Part shown: one piece after another, positions 26,926-38,600 of the stretch
Numbering within the stretch: the stretch's first letter is position 1
Layout: each line of letters begins with the position of its first letter
From: Phoronis australis
Lineage: Eukaryota > Animalia > Phoronida
NCBI GenBank assembly: GCA_002633005.1
Contig: NMRA01000070.1
Span: 1,064,474-1,128,473, forward strand
DNA: 64,000 nucleotides
Direction of reading: 5' to 3'
The notes under the pieces: generated by a model
The model's database searches: none
What the model saw: the letters and a program-made list of their open reading frames with translations, nothing else
What the model was told of the DNA's origin: nothing
Position numbers and translations under genes: made by a program

Positions 26926-28185
26926 TGTTTGTTGAAAGTTTTAATAATTAAATGTTAATTAAATGATAACAACACCTGGAATATTGGGGGCCAGCCAGCC
27001 ATCTCCGCCGCCAACCTTTTGGTTTTTGCTCCTATACCTCTTCTTCAGCAGATCTACCTCATGTTTATTACTTCTCTGACCCCACAAAATCCTACAGGTT
27101 CTGTACCTTCCCACCTTCCAATTACCTACTTTCACCTGCTAACCTCTCATAACTGATTCACTCTCTTATTTATGATGTATTTCTCGTAACTTAATTTATC
27201 TTTGCTGTCCAAATTTTTTTTTTTTTTTGATTTGATCTTTCCAATACACTGCTATTTTTGTTCTCAATATCTTAAACAAAGACACTTCACAATTTTAAAT
27301 TTGACAAACTAAAATCAGCCATGGTTGTCGACGCCTCGAGTACTTTGTCGGCGCACACACACACCCTAGGTGTCGCCTTACAATAATCGCGGCGGCCAAA
27401 GTGAATAGTCTTGTTAACATCTTTGCTGCCGTCAGTCGCGTTTCTTTGCTGTTTTCTGTCGTGACTTACTAGACCTGGTCCGCCGCCAGGCGGCATCACA
27501 AAGGGCTCGCCGGTTCCCCACGTGCCTAGCCAGCGTGCTCGGCTGGCTACCACCCAGGGAACCAGCGAGCACAAAGGGCCGCATTGCAAGCGACACATAT
27601 CGGATGTCCGCGGTACTAAAAATTTGGCGATCTCAAATCCGAAATGGCGAGCTGAGATTTTACCCAACTCGCCAATTTCGAGTTGGGCTTTTTCTTAACG
27701 TTGGACGCTGGTCGAAGCCTCCGTTCAATTTCTTCCTCGAGTGTACTTCCTGTAAGTTATGTCTTTTTCATCTGTCTTGAGACGGGTACGATGGCTGTCA
27801 TTGTCCCCGGCAGACCATGCCGACAACGTGAAAATCAGCAACTCAAACTGTGATGTTTGCCCCCCCAGTTACCGATAGGCACCGCTCTGCAAAACAATGC
27901 TAGTTCAGTCCACCCAAGTTCTCAATGGAATCAACTCAACATGAAACTTATAGCACAGCAGAATGCTGGGTCACTAAGATTTTGTAGCTCTTGCATTTGA
28001 CGGGCACTTACCCTGCTAACCGTTAAACGAAGCACTAAAACAATAGCCATTTACTCAACATGTTGTCGCACTCGGCATATATTGTCGTCCGCGGCAGACA
28101 ACATTGTGACAACTGAATTTCAAGAACATTCCTTCGTATAGCTTCCATTTCGGGTCTGCAAGAGAAAAGTCAGGTGCGCTAATTT

Positions 28186-28986
28186 TCATTCAAAAAGTGA
28201 CTGTTGAAATGGAAGATACCCAGAACACACGGGAGACCCACAAGTGCAAACTCTTTGCTTGACAGGGGACAGTGTATCGCCAGTATCTTCTTCACTTCCC
28301 GGTAGAGCACTGTCGCCAGCGTAACTGAAACACAGCTCCACATATGCATGTATGTCCTGGTTAGAGAAAAGAGCCAGTTTTACGATGTTATTATTGACTC
28401 GCACAGGGCTCATCACAAGGTTGGGCTCACACGAATGGTTGATGAATCGCCCGACATTGCCAAAGAGCAGAGGGTCGATGTAGGTTTTATGTACGACTCC
28501 GGAAGTCAGGTGTTCGTTAACAACGATAAGGTAGTTAGTGCTCGTTTCTGTCAGCATACTGGTTCTTCTTTTCGCTTCTTGGAATGACAAAACTTGCCCT
28601 GCATATTCGCAAACAAACGATCCTTTCGGAATAGCCTGAGTACATCGCAAACCCCAACCTTTGGCTGTTGTTTTGAAAACCTCCAAATTTAATTTCACAC
28701 CAAATTGAACCACTCTGTTGAAACAATGTTTATCAGCGTAGAAACATGAACAAAAATCGTTGCATTCCATAATCGGTTGGTTTGTTGCGCAACTAGACCC
28801 ACCACGTGAGCGAGGCGGCCTTGGTTGGCTGCTCAAAAGATGGCGCTCATCGTCATAGGTGACTCCAAATTTCATACAACGACATGATGATGGAACACAG
28901 ACACCAGTAACGCAATGGCAGCCTTGTAGCTGAGTCTCAAAATCACTCAAATCCGCACCAGGTCCTGGTATGTTGCACTTAATATA
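28186..28986 (-). CDS. SETMAR: SETMAR-like, coding exon 2 (pre-SET, SET, post-SET)
   Basis: AG acceptor at 28987-28988; open to TGA. Confidence 0.9.
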   Translation of the reverse strand, partial: YIKCNIPGPGADLSDFETQLQGCHCVTGVCVPSSCRCMKFGVTYDDERHLLSSQPRPPRSRGGSSCATNQPIMECNDFCSCFYADKHCFNRVVQFGVKLNLEVFKTTAKGWGLRCTQAIPKGSFVCEYAGQVLSFQEAKRRTSMLTETSTNYLIVVNEHLTSGVVHKTYIDPLLFGNVGRFINHSCEPNLVMSPVRVNNNIVKLALFSNQDIHAYVELCFSYAGDSALPGSEEDTGDTLSPVKQRVCTCGSPVCSGYLPFQQSLFE

Positions 28987-31669
28987 CTGTAACAAAATGA
29001 CAATAGCTGTATCAGCCAAGTGTCCAAGACTATGCGCATCTTCCGTAGACGCTAGAACCGAGCTAAAACACAAGATTGCGCGAGATATCGTTATGTATTA
29101 GCCTACAAGCGAAGCACATCATCTCACTAATTTCCTTCACGAGATTCTAACATCTACGGAACTTAAACCCCGACTCAATTAACATTGGATTCTGATGAAG
29201 ATCTCGAAAATGAAGCTATGTGGTCAGATTTTTTACCATACTAAACTGCGATTCGATTTGTTGATGTACGCGTATTTCAAATTGTCTATTATTTCTCTCC
29301 TCTTCGGCAATGTTTCGGAGACAAATGGTTATCTTATCACTAGTTGTTCGTTCATGAGATACGAAAATAAAGGCACACTTGTACCAAAACCATAGAGCAC
29401 GAGTAACATCTGTGCAGTGCCCACAGCGTTTATCCCCGCGTCCAGTTAGGCCAGTTGAGGTTGATAAAGGGTGTTTTTATGTTTATGTGATTTGAATATA
29501 CCGGTTGACCTAATACCTGACTGACCAATCGAGCGCCAAATTTCCGATATCTCAGTCCAACCGTAATCAAATGCTAATAGAGTCCGGGTTCGAAACTAGG
29601 TCGAACATCTTCCAATCCCGGACTCGTCAAAATGAATCTGCTGAAACTCGCGAAGGTTATTAAAAAAGCATGAAACGCAAGAGCTCGTCAAATACACCTT
29701 TAAACAGTTCTTGACGATAGAGTCATATCGTGAAGTATACTATAGTTATTCACTTTTCCCTGAGGGGAAATTTCCGGAAAAATCACAAAATCCATGATTT
29801 TTGAAAAACCCACGAAGGAAAAACTCTGCAGCCACCACAGGGTTTGTAATCTTCACCCCACTTATGATAAATGCAAGCATGGGCTCAAAGTCATTCGACA
29901 AACATCTGACTGGCAATATGGATGTCAACGGCAGATTATCATGACCTTACGAGCCCACCGCATATCATTGGTGCACAAAAATTTCATAGACACACAGTGA
30001 CAACTAAACTCGGACCAACGTGTGCAATAAAATTGTGTCTCACTCATACCCTATTTTGTTTTGAATAATGCGCATTGCATCAGATTTTAAAATAACAACA
30101 ATGCAGAACAGCAGATCAAAACTAATGTCCTTCATCAAAACGGCATTAGCCATATGGAGACGTATACTGAGGTCTGAGGTCTACAGTACTCTATGAGACA
30201 AGCTGGTGAAGCAAGCGATTTTCAAAAAAGCAGTCTCCGTTTATTTTAGAATATATTTGAACACTACGCTACCTTTCTAACTGATTTTAAATAGTTAGGA
30301 CTTACAGTAATTGCCTCTTTATCGGACTGGCCGCAGTTTGAAGTCGTCATTAAGGCCAAAGGTAACAGTTTCCATATTAAGGGAGATGCGCTACGCCTAC
30401 GTCTTGCCATACCAAATAAGGAGGCGTGCAACACTCGACAAAATGGCCACTAGATTAGCTGCAGAAATCGAATCCGCCCGGAAAATTTAATGGAGCAAAC
30501 ACATAGTTACCACATACCTGTGTTTCAGGTTTCACTAAAATCCGTCAGTCCGTTCTCTGTAGGTATCATCCGGAAAGCTCTTCCCAAAAATATTGAAAAA
30601 GTCACGCTTCCTGACTCACAGGGCTGGGCAAATTGAAAAGTGTCATGAAAAATTCTACTGATGCCTTAAGCCTTTGCGGCAAATATCATCAAAATCCGAC
30701 CAGGAGCATTTGAGATATGGAGCCGCACCCTGGCAACAGTACAACAATATACGACAATGCGTGAGCGCATAAAAATCTATCAAGGAACTCCAAAGATACA
30801 AAGGTAAATGTAAAGGGCCAAAACTGCCACTAGGTAGCTGAGCGGTAGTCCGATGGGTTCGAAATTTCATAGAAACACATCTGCCAAACCTCATTATGAT
30901 CCGTCCTGCAGGAGTTTTAAGAGATGCAACAGCGGACGCCGGACGCCCAGACAAAGATGACAACAATATACACCCACACACAAAAAATGTGGGCGCATAA
31001 AAGTGGCCACACGTGATGGAAAATGCATCAAATCCATCCGAAAATGGGAACACGTCGTCGTGCCCTTGATAGAAACTTATTTACTTGGCGTTAGCCCGGT
31101 CGGAATCTCGTCGTCATTTATCGTCAACTCCATTAAGATCCTGTAAAAGGTTTATGACATAAAACTGCGGATGCCGAACGCCTGGGCAGATATGTCAACA
31201 ATATATGCACTCACATATTCATGTGGTAACAAAAAAGCCTTTTGCCTACAAGAGGGCCGTCTTTTTGGAAAAGGACAGGCCGCTGCAGAGTTTCGCCCTC
31301 CCAAAGTGAACTGTTCCTTCCCGCACATACAATCAGGGGTCTGGACTTCAACTTGGTCTCGTATGCTAGAAGAAGCTTTGATTCAGGGGGTGCGGTAGAC
31401 TCCCGCCAGTGATAGGTCCTCAATGCTTCCCAGACACCTTTTGAGCATTCATTACGTTAAGGAAATTTTGAGACGGACTTTGTAAGGGAAAGTAGCAGAG
31501 TTTTAGATTTCTTTTCTTTGAGTGAGGAACTGTACTTATAATAATTCAACAGTTGAAGCTGAGTACCACCTACCTTAAATTCAGCGACGCACTCGTCATC
31601 TAAGTCATTCACAACTGGAATCCTCACGTTTTCAGCCCCACCGCTGATGTCTTTCGACACAATCATCAT
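28186..31669 (-). CDS. SETMAR: SETMAR-like histone-lysine N-methyltransferase, 298 aa; complement(join(28186..28986,31574..31669))
   Basis: Exon 1 MMIVSKDISGGAENVRIP...EFK|GTAGGT joins in phase 0 to TTACAG|YIKCNIPGPGAD. Pre-SET Cys cluster, KGWG, EYAG, RFINHSCEPN, ELCFSY and post-SET CxCx4C are present. Confidence 0.88.
30420..31002 (-). mobile_element. Helentron/DINE-like element, diverged copy in the SETMAR-like intron
   Basis: GCCACTAG core motifs, CAGCGGACGCCGGACGCC and the terminal TGTGGGCGCATAAAA are shared with the 57738-59258 copy. Confidence 0.7.
31574..31669 (-). CDS. SETMAR: SETMAR-like, coding exon 1
   Basis: DISxGxE motif that typically precedes pre-SET; donor AAG|GTAGGT. Confidence 0.85.
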
Positions 31670-32011
31670 CAATTTGACAGTGAGAAATTCTCAAGTTATC
31701 GGAAATGTCGTCTTATTCTGCGTATGCGAGGAATCTGTAACATCATTACATGTATGTAAAGATTGATTGTAAACTAAGGGGCAGAATCGCCAAATGAGCG
31801 CAGGACGTCTGATCATAAAGCATACTATAGCCATACAAACGAACGTTGGCGATGGCGACTTACCTGCCGCAATATAAGCCAGTAGATAGGATTATGGATA
31901 ACTGGCATAGTACTTCATATGGCACAAGGTTGATATTTCAGGTCCATTCCCGCGTGATCACCATGGACTAGCAAAGTCAAACGCTACAACACTGGAATGA
32001 ATCCTTCGTCC

Positions 32012-32852
32012 GGTACATGGCAGCGTTTTGCCGTTCAGTGACTTTACCAGACGTAGGGGGATCTGAGCGTGTGATAACACCTAGCTTCTTTGTTAACTGT
32101 CCTGCACACTCGTTTGTCTGTTACGACAACAAGCAGGTCAATTATCTACCAGGATAAGTACAGACCACGTGTGAACACAGTCAAACTCAGAGTGAATTCA
32201 GGTGTATTCGGAAAGAATAGATTGTTGTAACTTCGGTTGCAGTTGGGCGGCGATTTTGGCGTTACAAAAAACCGTAAACATGTTCACCATTTGACGAAGA
32301 TTTCAGCCTGAGAAATGCTATCGGTTTATCATACAGCGTTTTCCTGTTCTGTGCTTTATCAGACGTAGGGAGTTCTGAGCGTGTGAAAACATCTAGCTTC
32401 TTTGTTAACTGCCACTAAGCACACTCTTTTGTCTGTTACGACAACAAGCAGGCCACAGATCACGTGTGAACACAGTCAAACTCAGAGTGAATTGGTCGGA
32501 AAGACTAGATTGTCGTAACTTCGGTTGCAGTTGGGCGATTTTGGCGATTCAAAAACTAAGGCATGATCGCCATTTGACGAAGATTTCAGAAATGCTATTG
32601 GTTTATGTTCAAATATGTTATAACTTAACTTTTATTTTTAACAGCACAGCCCAGTCAGGGTAGATAGGATCTCACTGGAGATTAGAGCAATTATCGAACA
32701 AAAGATCTATAGCTGGCCCTCCAACCATCAATGCCAGAATGGAGTTAATATCAGTCGTGAACGATAATGGCTACAGGGGGCCCAACTTGTTAATTGTTGG
32801 GCTATAGGCTAGAATCGAACAAGTTGGGAGCAAACGGGATAACGCCGTAATG
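32012..32852 (+). repeat. Dispersed repeat, copy 2, with an internal tandem duplication of about 310 bp
   Basis: The block starting CAGACGTAGGG..CTGAGCGTGTGA occurs at about 32048 and about 32360. It matches 7217-7758. Confidence 0.9.
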
Positions 32853-35454
32853 AAGAGAGTTGATCTGCTTATTTGGGAAGAAGTACCGGTACGCATGACG
32901 CCTACAGTGAGAACCGTCAGTTGTGACAATGTATAGGCCTACTACACCGTACAGAACTCGAAACATATTCTTTCCCGAGCGACAACACAGCTGAGTGCCG
33001 TATTCACAAAGTCGATAAAATGGCAAACACCTGACGACTGGAAGTCGAAGTATATCGAAGTGCATTCTGGTGGCTTGCCCACATGGTTATTTCGCCTTGT
33101 GAGTTGTGTGCCGCTAGTTGGTCAATAACCAGCATGCTAGCTAGGCACGAGAAACCATGCTGCTGCCTAGTTGTTTTCTTGATAACAAGCACTTACATTC
33201 TTATTTGTTTGCTAAATAACCGATGATAAGTGTAAAACGACGATTTCACTTAATCGGTAACTCGACGGCTGGCATAACATCGGGCTGGCCGTGCACATAT
33301 CCGTTACAAACTCTCGCACGTTAGAAGTTGACAGATTCGTTCTTTAATAGTGAAGATACGAAATGTGTTTACATTACTAGCTGGGGTTAAGAAGTTCAAT
33401 ACAACTTCAGTGGATAATTACCAAAAAAGGACTGAAAAGAAATAACAAAATTTGATATTGGCATACTACGGACAAAAGCTACCTAACCGTTACACAATAT
33501 TAAACAGCATATGGAAGGATTGTATATGTTGACCTATATGCAATAGGGTAAGACGCCATTTTTGAAAGAAAAGTTTAATGGCAAATGTTGGTGTAGTTTC
33601 ATGTTTTGTTCTTTGAACTATATCCTGTCATTCTTTTTTGTGGTGCAGCCAGTACCTGGATAGTATGTAAACTAACCTTAAATCTCAAACAGGGTTGGAA
33701 GTCTGTCGGTTACTAACTGAGTTAGTCCTTCCCTGACTGAGTCACAGGCTCTCGAATTTCCCGATGATAGACCATACAGCGCGACATAACTAGCTGCAGG
33801 TCGCATTTGCGACCTGAAATTTGGAAGTGCGTGCGGAGATTTTTGCCACCTCGTATAAACTCGCAAAATGAGACCTAGAGGCTAGAATTCCCAACGTATA
33901 CGGTATACGAGCTGAGTTTTTACACTTTTCAGCAGACACCAGGCAAATGTAATTAAAAGCAACTCGTGTGAATCGGACCGTTATTTGGTTGTTGCCAAAT
34001 AAAACACTAAGCGACTGAGAACAGACCTCCAGATGATTTGTAAAAAAAAAAAAAAAAATTAAAAGTTGCAAAGTTTGGACTGTTAATAAAAAATGGAGGG
34101 AGTTTGCACTCAGTTTGAATCTTTAACGACATTGATGACAGTCATATAGCAGGTCAGACCTAGCAAAATCGCGGACACTTTTTCAATGAATATTATCTCC
34201 CTATATTTATTGCAAACTTAGCTACTCGAATACACGTGTCGGTTGGAGAGCACTGATTCAACTTTCACGTCAGCAACAGCCTTTGAATGTCGGTTGTGAA
34301 GAACAGTAACGCAGTACCTGCATGTAAGAAATCAGTTTTGTGACCTGAAATTTGTGAGTATTTAAAGCCGCAGGTAAAAGCATAATCTAAGCACTTTCTC
34401 GGTCATCTAGAAAAAGCTATTTTGGAGCGTAGTAACGGCCGAAAAATTTCGCCACCGGAATACGAAAGTGTCCCATTCTCTCAATAACTTTTGCACTTGC
34501 GACATTTAGCAAGCTGCCTAGGTATGACGTGGAAATGTTTTGATATAAAAATAGATAACAAACTTCATTCTTCCCAGTGCTGTCTGCGCCTTTTACTCCT
34601 TGAAAGGAAAACCTGTCAGTGTCAAGTCTCGGAACATTATTTGACATGGCAAATTATGCACTGAAATTGGTAAACATAGTAATGAATTAGGAGAGATTCT
34701 TGTAATTTCATATTGCATGTTTGAAACAGCTCAACTCAGTTCAGTTTTATCCCCCAGGTAATTTAATACCTTTGGACCGGCTCACACCATGCGCGAGTGT
34801 AAAAAGTTACTAGTATTGAGAGCCTGGGCCTCGTTAGCCGCCGAAATAGTCTTCCATTCGTCATTGTCACCAATGAGATAAACTCTTATTGGTTTTCACA
34901 TTGTCACTTGCAGACGACAAGCAGCATCGCCTACGCGAGATCTCGCTATGAAACGGGAAATTGCCATTACCAAGAGTGCTGACCCCCTCCCCCTACACAG
35001 TTGAACATTTCGTTGCAGTAAAAGTTAATTCCAGAGGGAGTGACAGACAAAAAATGGAACATTTGCTTGCTATTTTTAGGACTCGGAATCGAAGAATTGT
35101 TGTCAAGGTGCGAAAGCGTTTGTTAACTTGGCGTATGGACTTAGCTCTACCATCGCTGGTGGCACTCAGAATTCGCTAATGGCGAGCGGCTAGCATGAGC
35201 CAAGCGTATTATTTGCCTCAGACCTTTCAGCATTTGCCAAGCTACTTTAGAGTTACTAATATCCGACTTGGCGATTAACAAAGCTACATTGTTTTTTCCA
35301 GGTGAGGTCCTAGTGTGTTGAGGATGGTAACATTGGATTGAAAGTTTTGGGATTAGTTTACACAAATTCGATGTATTGAGCCACGTAGGTAGCTTCCTCT
35401 GGATGGAAATGATGATGTCGTTTGAACGTGGTCAAAATTACTTACGGTCTTGAC

Positions 35455-35667
35455 ATGAATGCATGGCATCTGATACCACTGGTTGTATGTTCTTCGCTGT
35501 GCAAAGTTGTGGAAAACGTGGGTGCCTTCGGGAATCTCCGATATTATCAAGGAAGTGAAACTGATGTTGGTAAAGCGGAGCAGTTAAAAGATGCTAATGC
35601 AGTGGTGGGGCAGTTATTTGAATACACAATCCCTGCTACCTGGTGCAATGGAGCCATGCATCCACAG
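35455..35667 (+). CDS. DAG1: Dystroglycan, coding exon 1
   Basis: MNAWHLIPLVVC...AVVGQLFEYTIP; donor CAG|GTAAGT. Confidence 0.85.
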
Positions 35668-38600
35668 GTAAGTAGGCTCATGCATCTATATAACTCAGAA
35701 TAATCTGTTTTTATTTTTTGAAAGAAGTGTTTCAATCGCTTGTTTTGCACATACGGGCATGCGCCTGAATGTTTTTTTTGTTGCAGTTATCAATTGTGCA
35801 TGTAGCTGTCTTTGTGTGTGTTTCAGTTGTTAGGTAAATTAACATGTGTCAATTAAAAAAAATAAATAGAGAATTGTGCACTTGAGTATTGCGGAAATTC
35901 AAAAAAATGGATTCCTGGATTTTTGGCATGTTTCACATGTTGCCGCATGTTACTGAATTAATTCCAATGTACATGCAGGTTCACATGGATGTATGGGCCT
36001 AAGCACACACAAACTGATATATTGACACATGCGTAATGTGCATGAATATTTCCCCATATTTTCCATTTATCTATTTCCCCATATTTCCATTTCTGACTTG
36101 TGTCCCTGGTTTACATAGAATTCTGCTCTTCCCGTGGTGCTGTTTCGGACATTAAATTCAAACTGAAATAGAATGACTGCGGCAGAATATCAGATTGCTG
36201 CAACATTCATTTAAATGCCATTGAGTATTTTTCACAACTTTGTTGAATATGCTTTTAATTACCGCTAACATGGCAGGACCCTTGATGCCTCAGTTTTGAG
36301 AAAACTTAGCTGCTCCATTTCTTTCCGGAAACTATTTTAAATTCGCATGAAACTCCCCTCATCATGTTCAACAATTCCCCTTTAGAGGTCAAAAAAATCT
36401 CCCAGGTTAGAAAAACTCAATCTCTAAATAAATAACTCACGCAGACTCTCAGCTTCAGCAGGTTTCATTAACTGCGAAAATCCCATCTTCACAGGCATGC
36501 CTTTCCAGTTGGTGCAGCCTTAGCCTGCTTTATTGTGGAACATGTACCATCCATACAAAGGGGTGTGTTGTCTTGTCTCTGGTCATTTAGGCATGTTGTA
36601 CTTATAGTGAAAGGTATTTTGAATATTATTGCTGATTTTTATGCGAATGGTGAATAATAATTATTCCAATCAGCAGTACTCTGTGAGCAAGTTATATAAT
36701 GCAAACACTTTGTATAACTACTAGCTGAGTTGCTGTTTGTTTATTTCTGGCAGAGTCGCCGAAGTCAACACTGACACTGAAAGTCTGTTGGCTTCTCTCA
36801 TCCACTGATAGCAGTTATCAGAACTAAACGGCAAGGGAGCACACAGCACAGCTTACTCTATCCAGTTGACATTTCTAGAAATTCTTCAAGTTGCGTCACA
36901 CACACAGTTTGAAACTTTGAGTTACTTCTATTCATGTGAATCTCTGTTTAATTTATACTCAAACAAAAAAGGCCAAGATAACTTAAAATAGCAAGGAAAA
37001 AAAGTATGCCAAATTAGCCCAAAACATCTTGAAAACAGTAACATTGGATCAAAAACAACAAAAAGCATGCTGTTATGGGATTTTAATGATTGTGGTTTAG
37101 GGAATCTTCATGAGTTTGTACTTGAGACTGTTGGGTCATGTGCTGTCTGCTCTTTTTAGGTGACAGAGGGTGTGTCAAATGGTCTCCTGCCTAGTTGGCT
37201 GCACTACAGTAACCATACTCTACAGGGTGTTCCGACTGCTGTGGACTCAGGAGCTGTCTACTTACAGGTTTTCTGCCCCCTGCAGATGAAGAGCAGAAAC
37301 AATGGAGCAGACAGTGTGCAGGGGGTTGGGACCTCTGATGTATTTGTCGTTAATGTTGGGTTTACTGAGTCGGGTCTGCGGAGGATTAAATCGGGGTCAT
37401 CGTCTTCAAATGTTATGAAACGTTTGGACTGCCTCCCATATGAAGCTGTGTTCAAGTCGAGCATTATAATTGATCACAGTCTTCACAATATGAAGGCCTT
37501 GGAAAGAGTCAATACTATCAGGAAGATGGCTTCGTTTTTGTCTCTGGATGCAGACAGCATTTCACTCTTGCCAGCGATCGACAAAAATCTTGGTCGACTA
37601 ATTAAAACCAGCGTCCTCGCTGCTGGACCGGGGAACCTGAAGGTACTTTCCACTAATGAGGGCATTGCGTTGTCTTGGACAGTTGCATGTGGAACACTTA
37701 GCAAAACACACGAGCTGGAAGAAATACTTGACAGAAATGTGAAAAGTGGCCGCGTGTCATCACACATAAACCATGACATTCTTGGTTGGCGAATCACTAA
37801 AGACAATGCTAGAATGGACAGGCCTCAGCGTGCAAGGCGTCAAGCCATTGGCACCCCTGTTCCTACGCCTGTCCCATCAGCCATGCCGACACTGGTGACA
37901 GACGCATCATCTTTTGAAATTGCAGAAACTTCTTCCTTGCTGGTAGCGAGTAGTTCAGTACATTTGTCTGAATCTTCAGTTGTAAGTGGCTCATCACACA
38001 CCATTTACAGTTCTGTCAGCCTCTTGTCAAGCACGATGCCCTCCAAGGCAAGTTCACAGACAACGCAAGCTGTTACCAACTCGAGCGTGTTGTCTTCTTC
38101 CTCTTCCATTGTAGCCGAAGTTTCATCACCGTCGGTAACAGATTCGTCGAGTTCATTGTCATCCTTGATCTCTGCAGTTACAGATTCACAAATATCGTCA
38201 CTGACATCACCCTCATCTCCATCCTCCTCTGTTACATCATCAGATTCAGATTCACTCACTGCTACACATTCTTCACTACCACCAGAGGTCTCTGTTAGCT
38301 TCCAGGAATCCCTGCAGCCATCTAGCTCCTTTAGTAATGCCACGTCAGCGATAGAGCTCAACGTGTCGATGTCCACGGAAGAACTAAGTAAGTTTCATCT
38401 GTGTGTGACAACACCACTCTTGATCCCCTGTGGGGCCTTGATTGAAATTGTGTGTAACATTGTTCAGTTATTGGCCAGAAAATCAGTGGCTGTGTTCTCC
38501 TCACATGAATTCAAACATGAACGTGTACCATGTTTGAAAAGCTCTGAGACTTGAATTTTGTCTGCTTCACGACATAAATGACTGAAATAATGTTGCAAAG

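Noticed and set aside
28987-29073. N-terminal extension of the 295-aa SET ORF
   Set aside because: Read-through into the intron; a good acceptor and an upstream exon supply the homologous N-terminus.
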